A DNA stretch of 32,625 nucleotides from Octopus bimaculoides (Eukaryota): positions 30,594,812 through 30,627,436 of the forward strand of contig NC_068989.1 of assembly GCF_001194135.2 (NCBI RefSeq), in the 5' to 3' direction. Below the pieces are notes generated by a model that was not told the DNA's origin, ran no database searches, and saw only the letters and a program-made list of their open reading frames with translations. Shown piece after piece: positions 1-12,313 of the stretch; position 1 is the first letter of the stretch, and each line of letters opens with the position of its first letter. Position numbers and translations under genes: made by a program.

Positions 1-285
1 GGGGGCTTTCCCTGTCTTCATACTCTTAATTGCTTTATCTACCCTGGTACTGTCAACTCGGATAGCTGGTCCCTCTGTTGGGTCGACATACGGCAGGCTC
101 TCTTTCTCCCATTCATTCTCTTTATTAAGCAATCTATCGTAGTGGCATCTCCAGACCTCTTTCTTTGCAGCCTCATTTAGTGCAAGCGTACCATCATCCA
201 TGCGAACACATTTCTCTCCTACAACATCACTATTCTCTCTCCTACACTGTCTTGCAACACGAAATACCTCGAGTCTTTGGTCATA
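1..285 (-). mobile_element. RTE-clade LINE ORF fragment (EN-RT linker to RT start), runs off window edge
   Basis: Open minus frame LEVFRVARQCRRENSDVVGEKCVRMDDG...WRCHYDRLLNKENEW...VDKAIKSMKTGKAP; KAP(G) marks the start of non-LTR RT. Same peptide recurs degraded at ~23400-23830. Confidence 0.85.
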
Positions 286-564
286 TCCAGAGAATTGCAT
301 GTGGTGCATGAAGTTCGGTACATGATTTTTTTGTTTCATAGGGTTCGCATAGTGGGGACACATTCATTATCCTAACTAAGTCTGCTACCAGTTTGTTGCT
401 TTTTGTTTTGTATGACAAAGCTGAGTTCTTGTGAACAATGTTGTCCATACTTTACTACTATAAATAGAATGACAATAAAAATAATAGATTTTTCATAAAA
501 TCATTTCTATTTTTCACTATATCTAAAAATGAATATTTGTTATAATTGATCTCCTGTAGAATTG

Positions 565-755
565 ACAACTGGTGTTGGTGAGGTTATGTTCCTGTAACTT
601 AGTGGTTCAGTAAAAGAGATTTACAGAATAAGTATCAGGCTTTAAAAAAATTCTGGGGTCAATTCATTCAACTAAAAATTCTTCAGTGTAGTGCTCCAGC
701 ATGGTCATAGTCTAATGACTGAAACAAGTACAAGATAAAAGATAATGCCATCTGC
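565..755 (+). mobile_element. 3' part of a SINE-like interspersed repeat
   Basis: gtaacttagtggttc...gaataagtatcagg...gtgctccagcatgg...gactgaaacaag ending in aagataaaagataa; resembles a high-copy octopus SINE from memory, unverified. Confidence 0.55.
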
Positions 756-814
756 AAAGAAAGCTGTCCTGAGATAAATATAAACAACACCTCTGCTATG
801 GAATATATACATAC

Positions 815-872
815 AAGGAATATTGATGGAACATTCTCATCAAACTTTCTACCAAGTGCAAGCATAACAGAC
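815..872 (-). CDS. Candidate 58-nt coding micro-exon (SVMLALGRKFDENVPSIFL), gene unknown
   Basis: gtcag| acceptor, |gtatgt donor, open frame of 1+57 nt. No homology recognised. Confidence 0.2.
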
Positions 873-1377
873 CTGACATAATTATTTGGGACAGAAAATA
901 ACTGGCATAGAGCTAAGTTACTCTAAAGATGTGAAAGTCACTTCTAAACCCAGCAAGAAGAAAAATGTTTATGAACAACTGTTTCCAAAACAGCAACTCC
1001 TCTACTCTGATAATAAATTTACATTCACATTAATAACCATTGGTGCACTCAGTTATGTTAGTAAATACCCAAGACTCAATTTGGAAATGTTAGGATTTTC
1101 AATCAAAGAAAATGGCCAGTTAAAATGAATTTACAGTGAAAATATATGGAAGAAGAATACATGCACATGTATCAAGAGAGGATAATTTTTTTGGCGGGGG
1201 GAGGGGGGAAACAATGTAAGTGGCTTATCAAATAGTGAACAGTTCCTCAGCCTAATGTATGCAGCATACTACTGCTGTTAATAATATGTAGATGCAATAA
1301 TGATAGTGTTAAATTGTTTTTGTTGAAGTGCAGGTGGGGATTTCTGATTGAGAAGTTTGCTTCACAACAACAGGGAT

Positions 1378-1612
1378 TGAGAAACAACCCTACTGCTTGA
1401 AACCTTGAGTAAGTATTTTCTTCTATAGCTTTAGGTCAACCAAAGGCTTGTGAGTAAATTTGGTAGAAGGAAACTGAAAGAAGTCCATTGTGTGTGTATG
1501 TGTGTGTGTATGTATGTGTGTGTGCGTGTGTACATGTGTGCATGTGTTTGTGTGTGTATGTATGTGTGTGTGCGTGTGTACATGTGTGCATGTGTTTGTG
1601 TGTGTATGTATG
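1378..1612 (+). mobile_element. SINE (family A) 3' half with (GT/AT)-rich tail
   Basis: ttctatagc...caaaggcttgtgagtaaatttggtagaaggaaactgaaagaag then GT-rich tail; inverted homologue at 3962-4128. Confidence 0.7.
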
Positions 1613-2829
1613 CATCTGAAGTTCACTTTCAAAAGATAAGGACTCTTCTAAAAATGAGAACAAGATAGAACTGTTTTAATTAGCTTTGACAGAACTGATT
1701 TAATTTAGATAAAATTGTTTTAATTAGCTTTGTCAGCTTTTAAGTATTAATTTTATAAATTTAAATAATTTTTATACAACAATGAAAAAAATTACCTTAG
1801 ATAGCCAATTAATGGATTAAAGTCTACATATTATCAATTAAAAAGTAGCCAGACACTAGTGCTCAACAATTACTGAATATATGTGATTGTCTTGCGCAGT
1901 GTTTAAAATAGGTAAAAATTAAAACGATATAGTTACATAGCAATAAGATATTTCATTAAATACATACTGTGGCTGGGGTTACTGGAATTTTCAAAACACT
2001 TTTCAAACATGGTTTAGTATTGTTACCTTCCTGAGCAACAATTTTTCTTAACTTTTCACCAAAGCAAGTCAAAACAGAACTCTTCATTGTTTCCAAGAAA
2101 AAAGTACTATTTTCCTCAACAAATCCATTTTTTGCTTAATTTTTTAAAGTAATTATGTCAAACATATCAAATTTCTAACTCTTTAATTAATCTAGTTAGT
2201 CTCAGAATAGAAAAATCCATCTAAAACAGCTGTTGTTGATATTACAAAAATAATATCTTTTACATAATATTGCTTAACTTAATCTGTTTTGTGTAGGAAT
2301 AGGGAAGGAATACACAAATACATTATCATCTTTAGTAGTTGTATCATTCAAGAAAAAATAGACATGTCACTATGTTCCAGTATGTATTGATGTTTCATTA
2401 GTTTTGTATGCATCGGTTTTATCATTATCAGATGGAAATATTTAGCACCCATTATGAAATATTTTACACATGTAAATTTATAAACTTACAATTTCAATTG
2501 AGAGTTGATGTTCAGTTCTTAGGGAAAATGAACAAAAAAAATAATAAAAAAACATAAATTATATCAGTAATTTGATTGCTTGCATCAAGGATCAATTAAT
2601 TTCTGTACTTGCTACAATAATTTATCACCTATACTAAACATTGTTGCTGAAAGTTCACAGCCTAATGAAACAGCCAAATAATAAAAGCAGAGTGATAGCA
2701 CAGTTAAAAAATACTATACATAAATATACTATACATAAAAATACTATACATAAAAAAAAAATGAAAAGTGACATAAAAATAATAGATAAATCAACAGATA
2801 ATGAGATTACTTCGCTGAAAACTCTGGTA

Positions 2830-3126
2830 TTAATCTTTAAAAAGGGAATAAAGCAGGTCAATCATCCTCCATTCATCAAACTGGCTGAGATAAATGCAAG
2901 CTGACATGGTTGTTCTGGTCATTCATAATATATAAATTAATAAATAAAAGCAGTAACAAATACTAATTATAGAAATCCCCCTAGTGCTAATCGCTTCAAA
3001 GTGCTCCACAGATTAATTTATAAGCGCTTTTGAAATTAAATAGATGAATATACTTCAACTCCACTTCCAACCTTTCACCTCTCTTCCAAAACAAAGAAGT
3101 ATGACAACTCTTGTAGGCTTAAAAAG

Positions 3127-3169
<43 letters not shown>

Positions 3170-3355
3170 NNNNNNNNNNNNNNNNNNNNNNNNNNNNNNN
3201 NNNNNNNNNNNNNNNNNNNNNNNNNNNNNNNNNNNNNNNNNNNNNNNNNNNNNNNNNNNNNNNNNNNNNNNNNNNNNNNNNNNNNNNNNNNNNNNNNNNN
3301 NNNNNNNNNNNNNNNNNNNNNNNNNNNNNNNNNNNNNNNNNNNNAAAAAAAAAAA

Positions 3356-3412
<57 letters not shown>

Positions 3413-3928
3413 AGTGTAATTAATTAAACTACATGAAGTCAATATGTGAAAAAAGTCAGTATTTTACTGTTGGCAACTGTCTCGAATGGTTCTGCTAGTT
3501 AAAATGGGGTCATGGCACAAAAGCAATGGATCATATATAATAAACTAAGACATATGAAGATAGTGTGCCAGCATGACTGCAGTACATGAAACCAGAAATA
3601 TACTTACAAAGATATAAGATATATGTGTGTGTGTTTGTGTGTACAATGTACATTGGTTAAATGTACTCAATACTAAATATAAAGTAATAATTTATTATTA
3701 TCAATATTTAATTATATATATCCATCTTTTTAATCCTCAGAAATAGTAATCTTTGATTGTGTATGTCTGTGTGTGTGTACATGTGTAATGTACAAATGGA
3801 CAACAATGATTAAAAGCTGATCCTTTTACCAACCTTTAACTGTTTTCCATGTATGGTATTTTTTTTTCATTCTATTGATCATTACCCACTGAAAGCTGTT
3901 AACTACATGAGTTTTTGCATACTGGAGA
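2830..3928 (-). CDS. Candidate chain of three micro-exons (3886-3928, 3079-3117, 2830-2880), gene unknown
   Basis: AG/GT boundaries and compatible phases give LQYAKTHVVNSFQW-PTRVVILLCFGRE-FDEWRMIDLLYSLFKD*. One donor (gtgaaa) is weak; no homology recognised. Confidence 0.2.
3130..3410. repeat. (TA)n, N gap, poly(A), (AG)n compound microsatellite
   Basis: Directly visible. Confidence 0.95.
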
Positions 3929-3961
3929 CTGTGAACAAAGACACTTAATAAAGACACATGG

Positions 3962-4128
3962 AATAACATTTACACACACACATGACAGCCTGCCTAGTTT
4001 CTATCTACCAATTTCACTCATGAGATATTGGTTATCCTGAGGCTATAGTAGAAGATATTTGCTTAAGCTGCCAACCCAGAGCCATATAGTTGTGAAGTGA
4101 AGTTCATAACCACATAACCATGCCAGCA
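3962..4128 (-). mobile_element. SINE (family A), degraded
   Basis: Reverse complement of the 1378-1490 copy (gtttctatctaccaatttcactca...gaggctatagtagaaga...aaccacataaccatgcc). Confidence 0.7.
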
Positions 4129-4159
4129 CATATATATGGTGATGATAAAAATCATTTCT

Positions 4160-4595
4160 ATCATAGGCACAAGGCCTGAAATTGTCAGGAGAGGGCTAGT
4201 CAATTACATTGACCATGGCACACAAATGGCACTTATTTCATTGACCACAAAAGGATGAAGGAAAATGTCAACCTCAGCAGAATTTGAACTCAGAATGTAA
4301 TGACAGATGAAATACTGCTAAGCATTTTGTTCAACACACTATTAATTCCACCAGCTTGCCACCTTAACAATAATAACACCAGTGATTTCGAATTTTGGCA
4401 CAAGGCCAGCAATTTCAAAGGAGGGGTAAGTCAGTTAAATCAACCCCAGTGCTCAACTAATACATATTTTATCAACCCTGAAAAGATGAAATGCAAAGTC
4501 AAACTTCAGTGAAATTTGAACACAAAATGTAAAGAAGGATGACATGTTGGAGTATTTTGCCCAGTGTGCTAATAAGTTTAACAGTTCATCACCAC
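4160..4595 (-). mobile_element. Two tandem tRNA-derived SINEs (family B)
   Basis: Two copies of ggcacaaggcc...aaggatgaa...aatttgaactcagaatgtaa...agcattttg (about 4160-4370 and 4395-4590); the reverse strand gives a B-box-like gagttcaaatt. Confidence 0.75.

Positions 4596-4630
<35 letters not shown>
4596..4630. repeat. (AAT)n microsatellite
   Basis: Directly visible. Confidence 0.95.
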
Positions 4631-4632
<2 letters not shown>

Positions 4633-4944
4633 TTTTAAAAAGGATTGACATAACTCTTCACAAAGGTAAGCAGTCAAGACGAAGAGCGCGATTCAATTGT
4701 AGTAGATATTTTATTGGTTGAATGATATTTCAGCAGTAAGTCTGTCTTTGTCAAGTTCAAAATAAGAAGTGATAAAAATTCAAAATTATAGAAATTTAAA
4801 TGTAAAGTATGAACGAGAGCAACCAGAGTCCACACATTGATGGAATTACATCAGTAGTCTTTAAGTTTTAATTTTATAACAGGCAAAAAGAAAAAGACAG
4901 AAAAAAAAAGAGAGGAAAGAAAAAAGAAAAAGAAGAATATTTAA

Positions 4945-5280
4945 TCAAACAGTTTGATGATATTCTCCTGTCATCTTATTCATTCCTCCAGGGTGTGATG
5001 TTAATAACCCGCAAACATATTTCACCTTGTGCATTCTGAGAAGTAAAAGGGAAGCAGATCCAGAATATTTTTTGAGAATATGCACTTTCAAGTTTTTTTC
5101 AAAATTGCAGCCACTTGAAACGAAATGTTCGGCAAGTTCTGTCGAACTACTGTTATTGTGCCTGACATCGAATCTGTGCCCATTAAACCTTTTAATTGTT
5201 CTGTTGTACAACCAACATAAATCAAGTTGTGTTTCGTGCATTCTGCTGCATACACCAAATGGGAATCTCTACATGTCCCA
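4945..5280 (-). mobile_element. Penelope-like element GIY-YIG endonuclease remnant (frameshifted)
   Basis: TCRDSHLVYAAECTKHNLIYVGCTTEQLK / RFNGHRFDVR...ELAEHF...LKVHIL...LLTSHPGGMN; VY..YVG GIY-YIG halves and terminal P.G.N motif. Confidence 0.8.
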
Positions 5281-5459
5281 CCTTCAATCTTTTCCTAATT
5301 ACCCACAGGGACTCAAAGTAATGCTAAAAAATGTTAAGAGATGTTAACCAAAGGATTAACAAAGAAAAAACATGTAGGTTAGGACCATATAAATTATACA
5401 AAGATGGGGAAAAGGTGAAACTACTCAATGGAAAAATTAAAATTTTAAGAGACTAACAT

Positions 5460-5512
5460 GGAACGTGGAACCATGTGGTTGGTCAGCAAGCTACTTACCA
5501 CACAGCCACTCC
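5460..5512 (-). mobile_element. SINE family A 5' fragment
   Basis: ggaaccatgtggttggtcagcaagctacttaccacacagcc is the reverse complement of the head seen at 26720-26775. Confidence 0.6.
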
Positions 5513-5905
5513 ATTTATGATAAATAAATAGAATTATGATAAAACAATATGTAAAACAAGATATGATTAAAGGAAATAACATGAAAAATTGGTCAGGTTA
5601 AAGGGCCCTGTGTATCTGTCAATCTGCTATTGTTGCACTTATTAAAAGTTTTTGAGTCAGTTGAAGTTGAAAAATACTAACATCTTCAAGGTAAAATTTA
5701 TTTAGTTCATTGTCATAAAGACAGAATGTTGGGAATCTAAATTTTGTTTTTACCACATTCTGTCTTTTGCATTTCATCTATCTTAAAAACCTAACTGCAT
5801 GTGTTAATTTTTACTATCCATGGAATCACAAATGTATGACTTTATCTATAAGTTACCAGTTTGATTTTTGAGACACAGTGAATCTCAGTTCTTTGCCCAA
5901 CTCAT

Positions 5906-7040
5906 TTTTTTTTTTTTTTTTTGACGAGGGATATCAGTGTTACATTGTAAAAGTTGTTCCTTTTCACTTGTTTCAATTGTTTAATACTGACTCTGTTTTC
6001 CCTTTCCAATATATTCTTTTTCCCTTTTGTGTTATGTTTGATTGTGTGTTCATTATCTTCAACAATTATTATTTCTTCTTCATCACATGGGGATGGAGTG
6101 GTGTTACTGGTTGCTAATGGTAGGAGAGAGAATATCTACTTGCCTGTTCAGGGGCTGAGTATAATATGATTTCTCTAGCTATTCCTGAAGTTTTGACTAT
6201 GCTTTGGAAGAGGAAGTCTGTTGCTCTTGTTGCTGTCAGAAATGACAGTAATGATTTCCTTTACTTTCATTTCAGGATTTTCTGCCACTAATCTTTCTGA
6301 TTCTTCAGGGCAAGAAGCTCTGAAGTGGTTCTTATCTTGGTAAATGTAGTGATTGCCCTGAATTATCAATCTCATACTCTTTGTCTTGATGACCTCAGTT
6401 AGGCACAGTTCTCATCTGACTCTTTGGCCTTTAGGGATCCTTCATTAGCCCTGCCTTAATCACTCCCCCATACTGTGTTACAAAAGTAACAACCTGCCCA
6501 TAGATCTACATCATTCTCAATGCTTCTAATTGTCAATCTTGTACTTCTTTGTCTCATGTACTGGGGGATACAAATTCTATTGATTTTAATTTATGTTTTA
6601 GCTAAGTCTTCAGTTTTGAAAATACAGCAGATAATGCAGTAACATTTTCCTTTCTCATTTGAGAGGATTTCTTCAAGATGTCTAGAAGTGCTTGTCGTTG
6701 TTTATGAGATAAGATTCAATCCAGATGCATCTTTTCTTAAGCACAGCTATATACATTTTCATTTTTTCTCCTTTGGATTAGATTCCATGGTAAAGAAACA
6801 CTATTGGGCCCTACAAAAATTCTTTCAACTAGTCTTTTTGATTCTTGGAACTAAGTTATGTTTAAAAATTCTGTTAGTTCTATTAGTGTTAGAATCAGAG
6901 CAAGATTAGTTTTAAAGCACAACAGCTATATGAATGATTGAAACAACTACAAGATGAGTCACTTAAGAATGTTGCCACAGCTGTTGTTACCACTGCTATT
7001 TTTCAAACTGCCAGTTAAGATGTTTATAATATTTTTATCA
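5906..7040 (-). pseudogene. Degenerate non-LTR ORF1/gag-like remnant (RRM + decayed CCHC knuckle) ending at a poly(A) run
   Basis: FKTEDLAK (~6600-6620), PQYMRQRSTRLTIRSIENDVDLW, and HYIYQDKNHFRASCP with x2-x4-x4 knuckle spacing; aligns with the 31051 ORF; T-run at ~5906-5922. Confidence 0.55.
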
Positions 7041-7324
7041 ATTTCTCATTCATTTAAATGTTCATTCTTTTTTCCGTTTTTTGTTCATTCAGTTATGCAT
7101 TTTGTTTTCATGTTGTGCTTTTTTGTTTGTTGTAGCATGTTTTGTCATGTATTGTACGTATTTAGTGGTTATTTTGGAAGTGAAAATGTCATGCATATAA
7201 ATAAATAGTAAGAAAGAATAAACTTGCTTTGTTTTGTCTACCTCTGATATTGAGGACAGGCTTTCTTCAAGTTTTTATAATTTATTTTATCAACTTATCC
7301 CCAATCACCCATCCCCAAAAATTA

Positions 7325-7945
7325 TGATAATAATAATAATAATGGTTTCTAATTTATGCACAAGATCAACAGTTTGGAAGGAAGGGTGTTAGTTGACTGG
7401 TATTTTATTTTACTGACCCTTGAAGGATGAAAGGCAATGTTAATCTTGGTAGATTTTGAACTTAGAATGTAGAACTGAAACAAAAACTAAAAGTTTTGTT
7501 TTTTTGGATGTTCTAATGCTTCTGCCAGCTCACTGACTTTAAGAATTATTTCTACTTTAGACACAAAGCCGGAAATTTTGATGGGAGGGGATTAGTGAAT
7601 ATCACTGACACCACTACTTGACTGCTACTTTATTTTATCATCCTCAGAGGGATGAAATTTGACAGGATTTGAGCTCAGAATGTAAAGAGCTGTCAAAAAT
7701 ACCACTATTTATTTTCTACAGTTTTAATTTTGCCAACCAGGTTTTGATTTAAATACAAAGCAAGTAATTTTGAGGTGGGGGTTAATTGATACTATTGTCC
7801 CAAGTACTTGGCTGATATTTTATCAACTCCAGAAGGATGAAAGGCAAAGTTGACCTTGACAATATTTGAGATTAGAAAATAAAGAGCAAGAAGAAATGCC
7901 ACATAGAATTTTTCTGATGCTCTAATAATTCTGCCATTTTCTTGT
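7325..7945 (-). mobile_element. Three tandem tRNA-derived SINEs (family B)
   Basis: Three successive copies of cacaa...gatgaaa...ttgaa/gagctcagaatgta...ttctgcc (about 7345-7540, 7555-7740, 7750-7945), homologous to 4160-4595; (TAA)n tail at the left end. Confidence 0.75.
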
Positions 7946-8218
7946 CTTAAAAATAATAACGACAATAATACAGTAAAAAAGTATTTTCTAACAACTAAGT
8001 CTCTACATACTTGTTCAATCAAATGAATGTAGCAGACAAATCTCCCTTAATTCACAGCTTGTCATTTTGGAAAAGAAAGGACACATTAGAAAATGTAGTA
8101 CTAGATATGCAAAGAACAGGTTGGGCAAGACTTGGATCATAATTCTCTATCAGGGCTAAGCTAAGGTAAAACAACAACTTTCCAAAGTAAAACATATGCG
8201 TGCATGTGTGCATACGCA

Positions 8219-8224
8219 CGCACG

Positions 8225-8309
<85 letters not shown>

Positions 8310-8321
8310 ACACACACACAC
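8219..8321. repeat. (CGCA)n/(CA)n microsatellite
   Basis: Directly visible. Confidence 0.95.
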
Positions 8322-8892
8322 AGTTTCTCTTCTGAAGGAATAAGACATCTCGTTTCTGTTAAGAAAATGCTATCTTGCAAGGCACAACTAAGTAGTTTTG
8401 ATGCCAAAATCACAGGTTGTGGGTCCTTTTGCCAATCATAATGTATTCCACTTTAAAGTAAAGCTAAGACTTTATCATGCTTTCCTCTGGATCTTTGTAC
8501 TCGTGAGAATTCTAGTACCTGTTCACCTAAGATCAAAGTAGTAAACAATTTGAAAAATTATAATCATGTACACACACGTGTGTGTATGCAAATGTTTGTA
8601 TACATGAAGTGAAAATTTTCCCTATAAATGTTTGTGTGTCTACATATATTTTCTAAGATTACAATTGTCCATCTAACTATCCATCTATCTATCTATGCAT
8701 ACACATATATGTGTAAGTATATATAAATCAACCTTCATCCCCATCTATCATCAACACCATACCAATACAACCACTGCCATTACCAACACACAAACTCCTT
8801 AATTATCAAAAACAACACAATAAAAGAATGAACAAGATAAGCAACTCTATCTAAAAAATTAAGTAAACTATCACATGAAATAATGTGGTATC

Positions 8893-9030
8893 ATCATCAT
8901 CATCATCATTTAACATCTGCTTTCCATACTGACAGTGACAGGAAAACAGTAGGCTGCAAGACTGTGTCAAACTCCAATGTCATCTTTGACATGGTTTGTG
9001 TGGCTGGATGCTCTTCCTAACACCAACCAC
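8893..9030 (-). mobile_element. RTE 3'-tail fragment
   Basis: (cat)n tttaacatc...tttccat...gctggatgctcttcctaacaccaaccac, the reverse complement of the RTE 3' end at 19290-19447. Confidence 0.75.
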
Positions 9031-9929
9031 TGAATGATTTTTTTCATGAGGTTGCATGAAATATGCAAGACAGAAAAGAACATAGAAAGAAATAGAAAAA
9101 GCACCCACTATTAAGAGGAAGTGCTTGGGAGGGGAATGTGGTAGTAGATGGCTGTATGCCAGGTGTTTAAAGACTAGAGCATAATAGAAGGATAAGCACT
9201 GGTGTCCTGCTTAGCTGAAAGAGAAAAAAAGAAGGTAGTGATGGAGTGCTAGAGTGAACTCCCAAAGAACATGATGGTGAGCATAAGAGAGGACACACAT
9301 GGTGGGTCATGGGAGGGGATGAGAGGGTGGATGCTTTCATAAGAGTGTGAGGGGGAAATAAACAGGTGATGGTACTCTATTTTAAATATTGAATAAAATG
9401 TCTTTAATCTTAGGTCAATGAGGATTGACTTGAAACTAAACAACAACAATTTAATTAACAAGAATAATATGACTACTACCACCATCAGCAATACTCCCAC
9501 TATCACCAACTCCAACAAGGAAACCAATACCATCAACATTACCACCACCACCACCACCATTACCAATTTTGAATAAGCAATTGGCGACAACAATAATACT
9601 ATCAGCATGATAGCAATGCCTGTAGCTATATATTTTGTATGTCAATACAACAGTGTTTATAAGTAGAGTGTGACAGAAGTCAGAGAAGTACAAGGATGAA
9701 GTGCCCATGAATCTACTAACCCTTCAACTAACTGTAATCATACAGTAATTCCTCCCATCTCACTTCACCCTTTCCGTCTTCTCATTTCCATTTTTGCATC
9801 ATAGGAATAAGACAACAATGTTTTGTTCTCACAAAATAGTTCTTTCCTGACACTATTTTTTTTACTATATATCTGATGTGGATAATTGTTGATCATCACT
9901 GCTGTTTGATTTACCTACAATTCAAGAAA

Positions 9930-11100
9930 TCTAAAATGAAACCATCAAATGGAATTGAAGGTCATAGTGTGAAACGAAACCATAAAAAAAGATTACATTG
10001 GATATTAAACTCGATGTTTGAAAAAGGCTTCATGTAGGACAAAAAAAAAATTCAGCTACATTACGAAAACATTAAATATTGCAAAGTACAGAGTGAGAAG
10101 AATACGTTAGAACAGAGAGAAAAATTAAGTCAACAGTTCAAAAAGTTATTCTGTTAATTGCTTGAACTTTATTTTTTCACAAATATAATGTGATGTTTAA
10201 AATGAGATGGCTCTTGCATGTATGGATTAAGGCTCAAACTCTATGCATTTTACCAAAATGTACAATGGTAATTATATAAAAAAAAAGCTAAATGTTTGTA
10301 TGATGATTTTCCAAAAGAAAAAAAAAAAAGAAAAAAGATCAAACTTCTAATGGCTAGTAAAGGCTGATATGAAAAGTTTAGGAAGTGCTTGACTTTGCAC
10401 AATTTAAAATTGACTGCTGAAGCTGCTGGTGCTGAAACAAAAGTTGCTACTTATTGTTCTGAGCAGCTGAGAAAAATTATTGCTGAAAGAGAATACATAC
10501 AAGAAAGCATGGATGATGAACTGTTTTGAAGAGTGGTTTACAAGCATTTTTGTCCTGCTGTAGAAAGGTACAGTGTCAGACATATTTCAAAGAATGAATT
10601 GCTCACTATAGACAATGCACCAAGTAACTCAGTGAACTTAAGTGAACTTTCTGATGATGTGAGAGTAGATATATCCCAAAGAATGCAACTTATTTGCTCA
10701 AGTCAATGGATCAAGATGTGATAGCTAACTTCAAGGAATATTATCTGAGAAGAACTTTCAAACTATGAAACAATTCATAAGGAAAATAAACCTACAGTTA
10801 GAAGTTTAACATAATACAATGGTCAGACAATGTTTCTAGCTTAACAAATTTTCCACAGGCAGAAAGTCTACATCAAATTTGAAAAGACTGTGATATTTGA
10901 AGAAGTCATAGAGGATGATATGGTTGAGTTGCTAGTAGTCCATACAGAAAGTTTATCTAATGAGAAACTACTTAAATTAACTGCAAGGAATATTGCTGAA
11001 AAGTTGGCAATTTTAGAGGAAGGTCAGCAAGTTTTTATGGATGAATTTACAATGAGCTCAGTTCCTACAATGGGCTGTACAAAGAGATGATATGTCATAA
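9930..11100 (+). mobile_element. pogo/Tigger-like transposase remnant (many stops, frameshifts and deletions)
   Basis: KKITLDIKLD (CENP-B-type HTH), ASKG, EAAGAE...LRKIIAE, LLTIDNAPS, MDQDVIANFKEYYLRRTF (DDE_1 motifs). TIRs not confidently found. Confidence 0.8.
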
Positions 11101-11560
11101 ATATCAAATGGTTAGGGCAAGTTTTTCATCCCTCAAATAGATTTTGATGAACTAAAAGATAAAAGATAGTGTCCCTCATCATTCCAGTAACTTTCGTTCC
11201 ACTGCCACCCCGTCACACAGTAGCCAACATCTTTTAATAGTAAGAATGTACTCTATTATGATATGATTCTTATTTATTCTCTAATGTATTTCTTTTCAAA
11301 TGTTTTTATGTCTAAATATTGTATTGTTTATGTTTAGAGATAGTTATATTCATGCATAAAATAATACTAGCAACAGATACATTGCCAATCTAGTCACACT
11401 GATTTATACAATTTTCTTTCTTTTTTTTTTTTTTTGCTTTAAGCTCACGTCTTGTTTATATCTTCATCAGGCAACTTAAAAGGATACCCCACTGAACTAT
11501 TGTAAGCTATTCCTGGAAACTTAGAGAAATAGCATAATGAATAACAGTTTCTTTTTATTT

Positions 11561-12313
11561 TATATATATATATATATATATATAAAGTCAATCTTTATAT
11601 CCAAGTTGTAGATATATTGTTAGAATGCCAAATACTTTGGTATTCAACCTGAGAGATCCTCTCATATAGACATATGGTGCATAAAAGCACAGATATATAG
11701 CATATGTGATTTTAGCATACTGCACCCCTACAGTAGCAGGCATCCATCCTTGCATACCAGCCAAATCTCACCGCAAATAATATATATAGAATAACAGTCT
11801 TTTCAGTCACTGATTTTGCAAATAACCATCAAGCTTATTAGTGACAAAAGCAGTATTAATACCAAAAGTCAATCTTTATATCCATCTTCATGTGAATGTA
11901 TTGTTAGAAAGCCAAATACTTCAGTATTTTCCCTGAGAGGTCCTCTCATATAGATGCACAGGCATAGATTGTAGAAGGTGATATATACCTGTGCTTTTTG
12001 CAATATCAGTGAATGAAAATACACACGTTTTTCTATATATCATTAGCAGTGAGGTTTGGCTGGTATACAGGGCTGGACACCTGCCACAGAAGAAACACAG
12101 TATACTGTGCTTCTTGAAGTGGCAGTTCTGATGCCCATGCCAGGATAATTCTTGTGTGCAATGATATATGTCTGTGATTTTATGCACTGTCTATATGAGA
12201 AAACCTCTCAGGGCAAATACTATAGTATCCAGCATTCTAATATTTCCATGTTAAGTTGGATACAAGGATTGCCTTTTAATACTGCTCTTGTCAATAATAA
12301 TTATATATATATA
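11561..12313. repeat. Diverged foldback (direct plus inverted copies of a ~270-bp unit) bracketed by (TA)n
   Basis: 11584-11822 matches the reverse complement of ~11997-12276; a partial second direct copy lies at ~11836-11955. Confidence 0.8.

Noticed and set aside
886-1128. 80-aa plus-strand ORF
   Set aside because: No recognisable motif; the length is expected by chance.
1423-1668. HT/CV-rich ORFs (also 3044-3442, 8052-8441, 4453-4721)
   Set aside because: Translations of microsatellites and N runs.
9741-9760. ta|cagtaattcctc as the Tigger left TIR
   Set aside because: No matching right TIR found by eye.
11364-11392. atactagcaacagatac as a second Helitron 3' end
   Set aside because: No adjacent GC hairpin; the resemblance to 12311-12325 is too short for AT-rich DNA.
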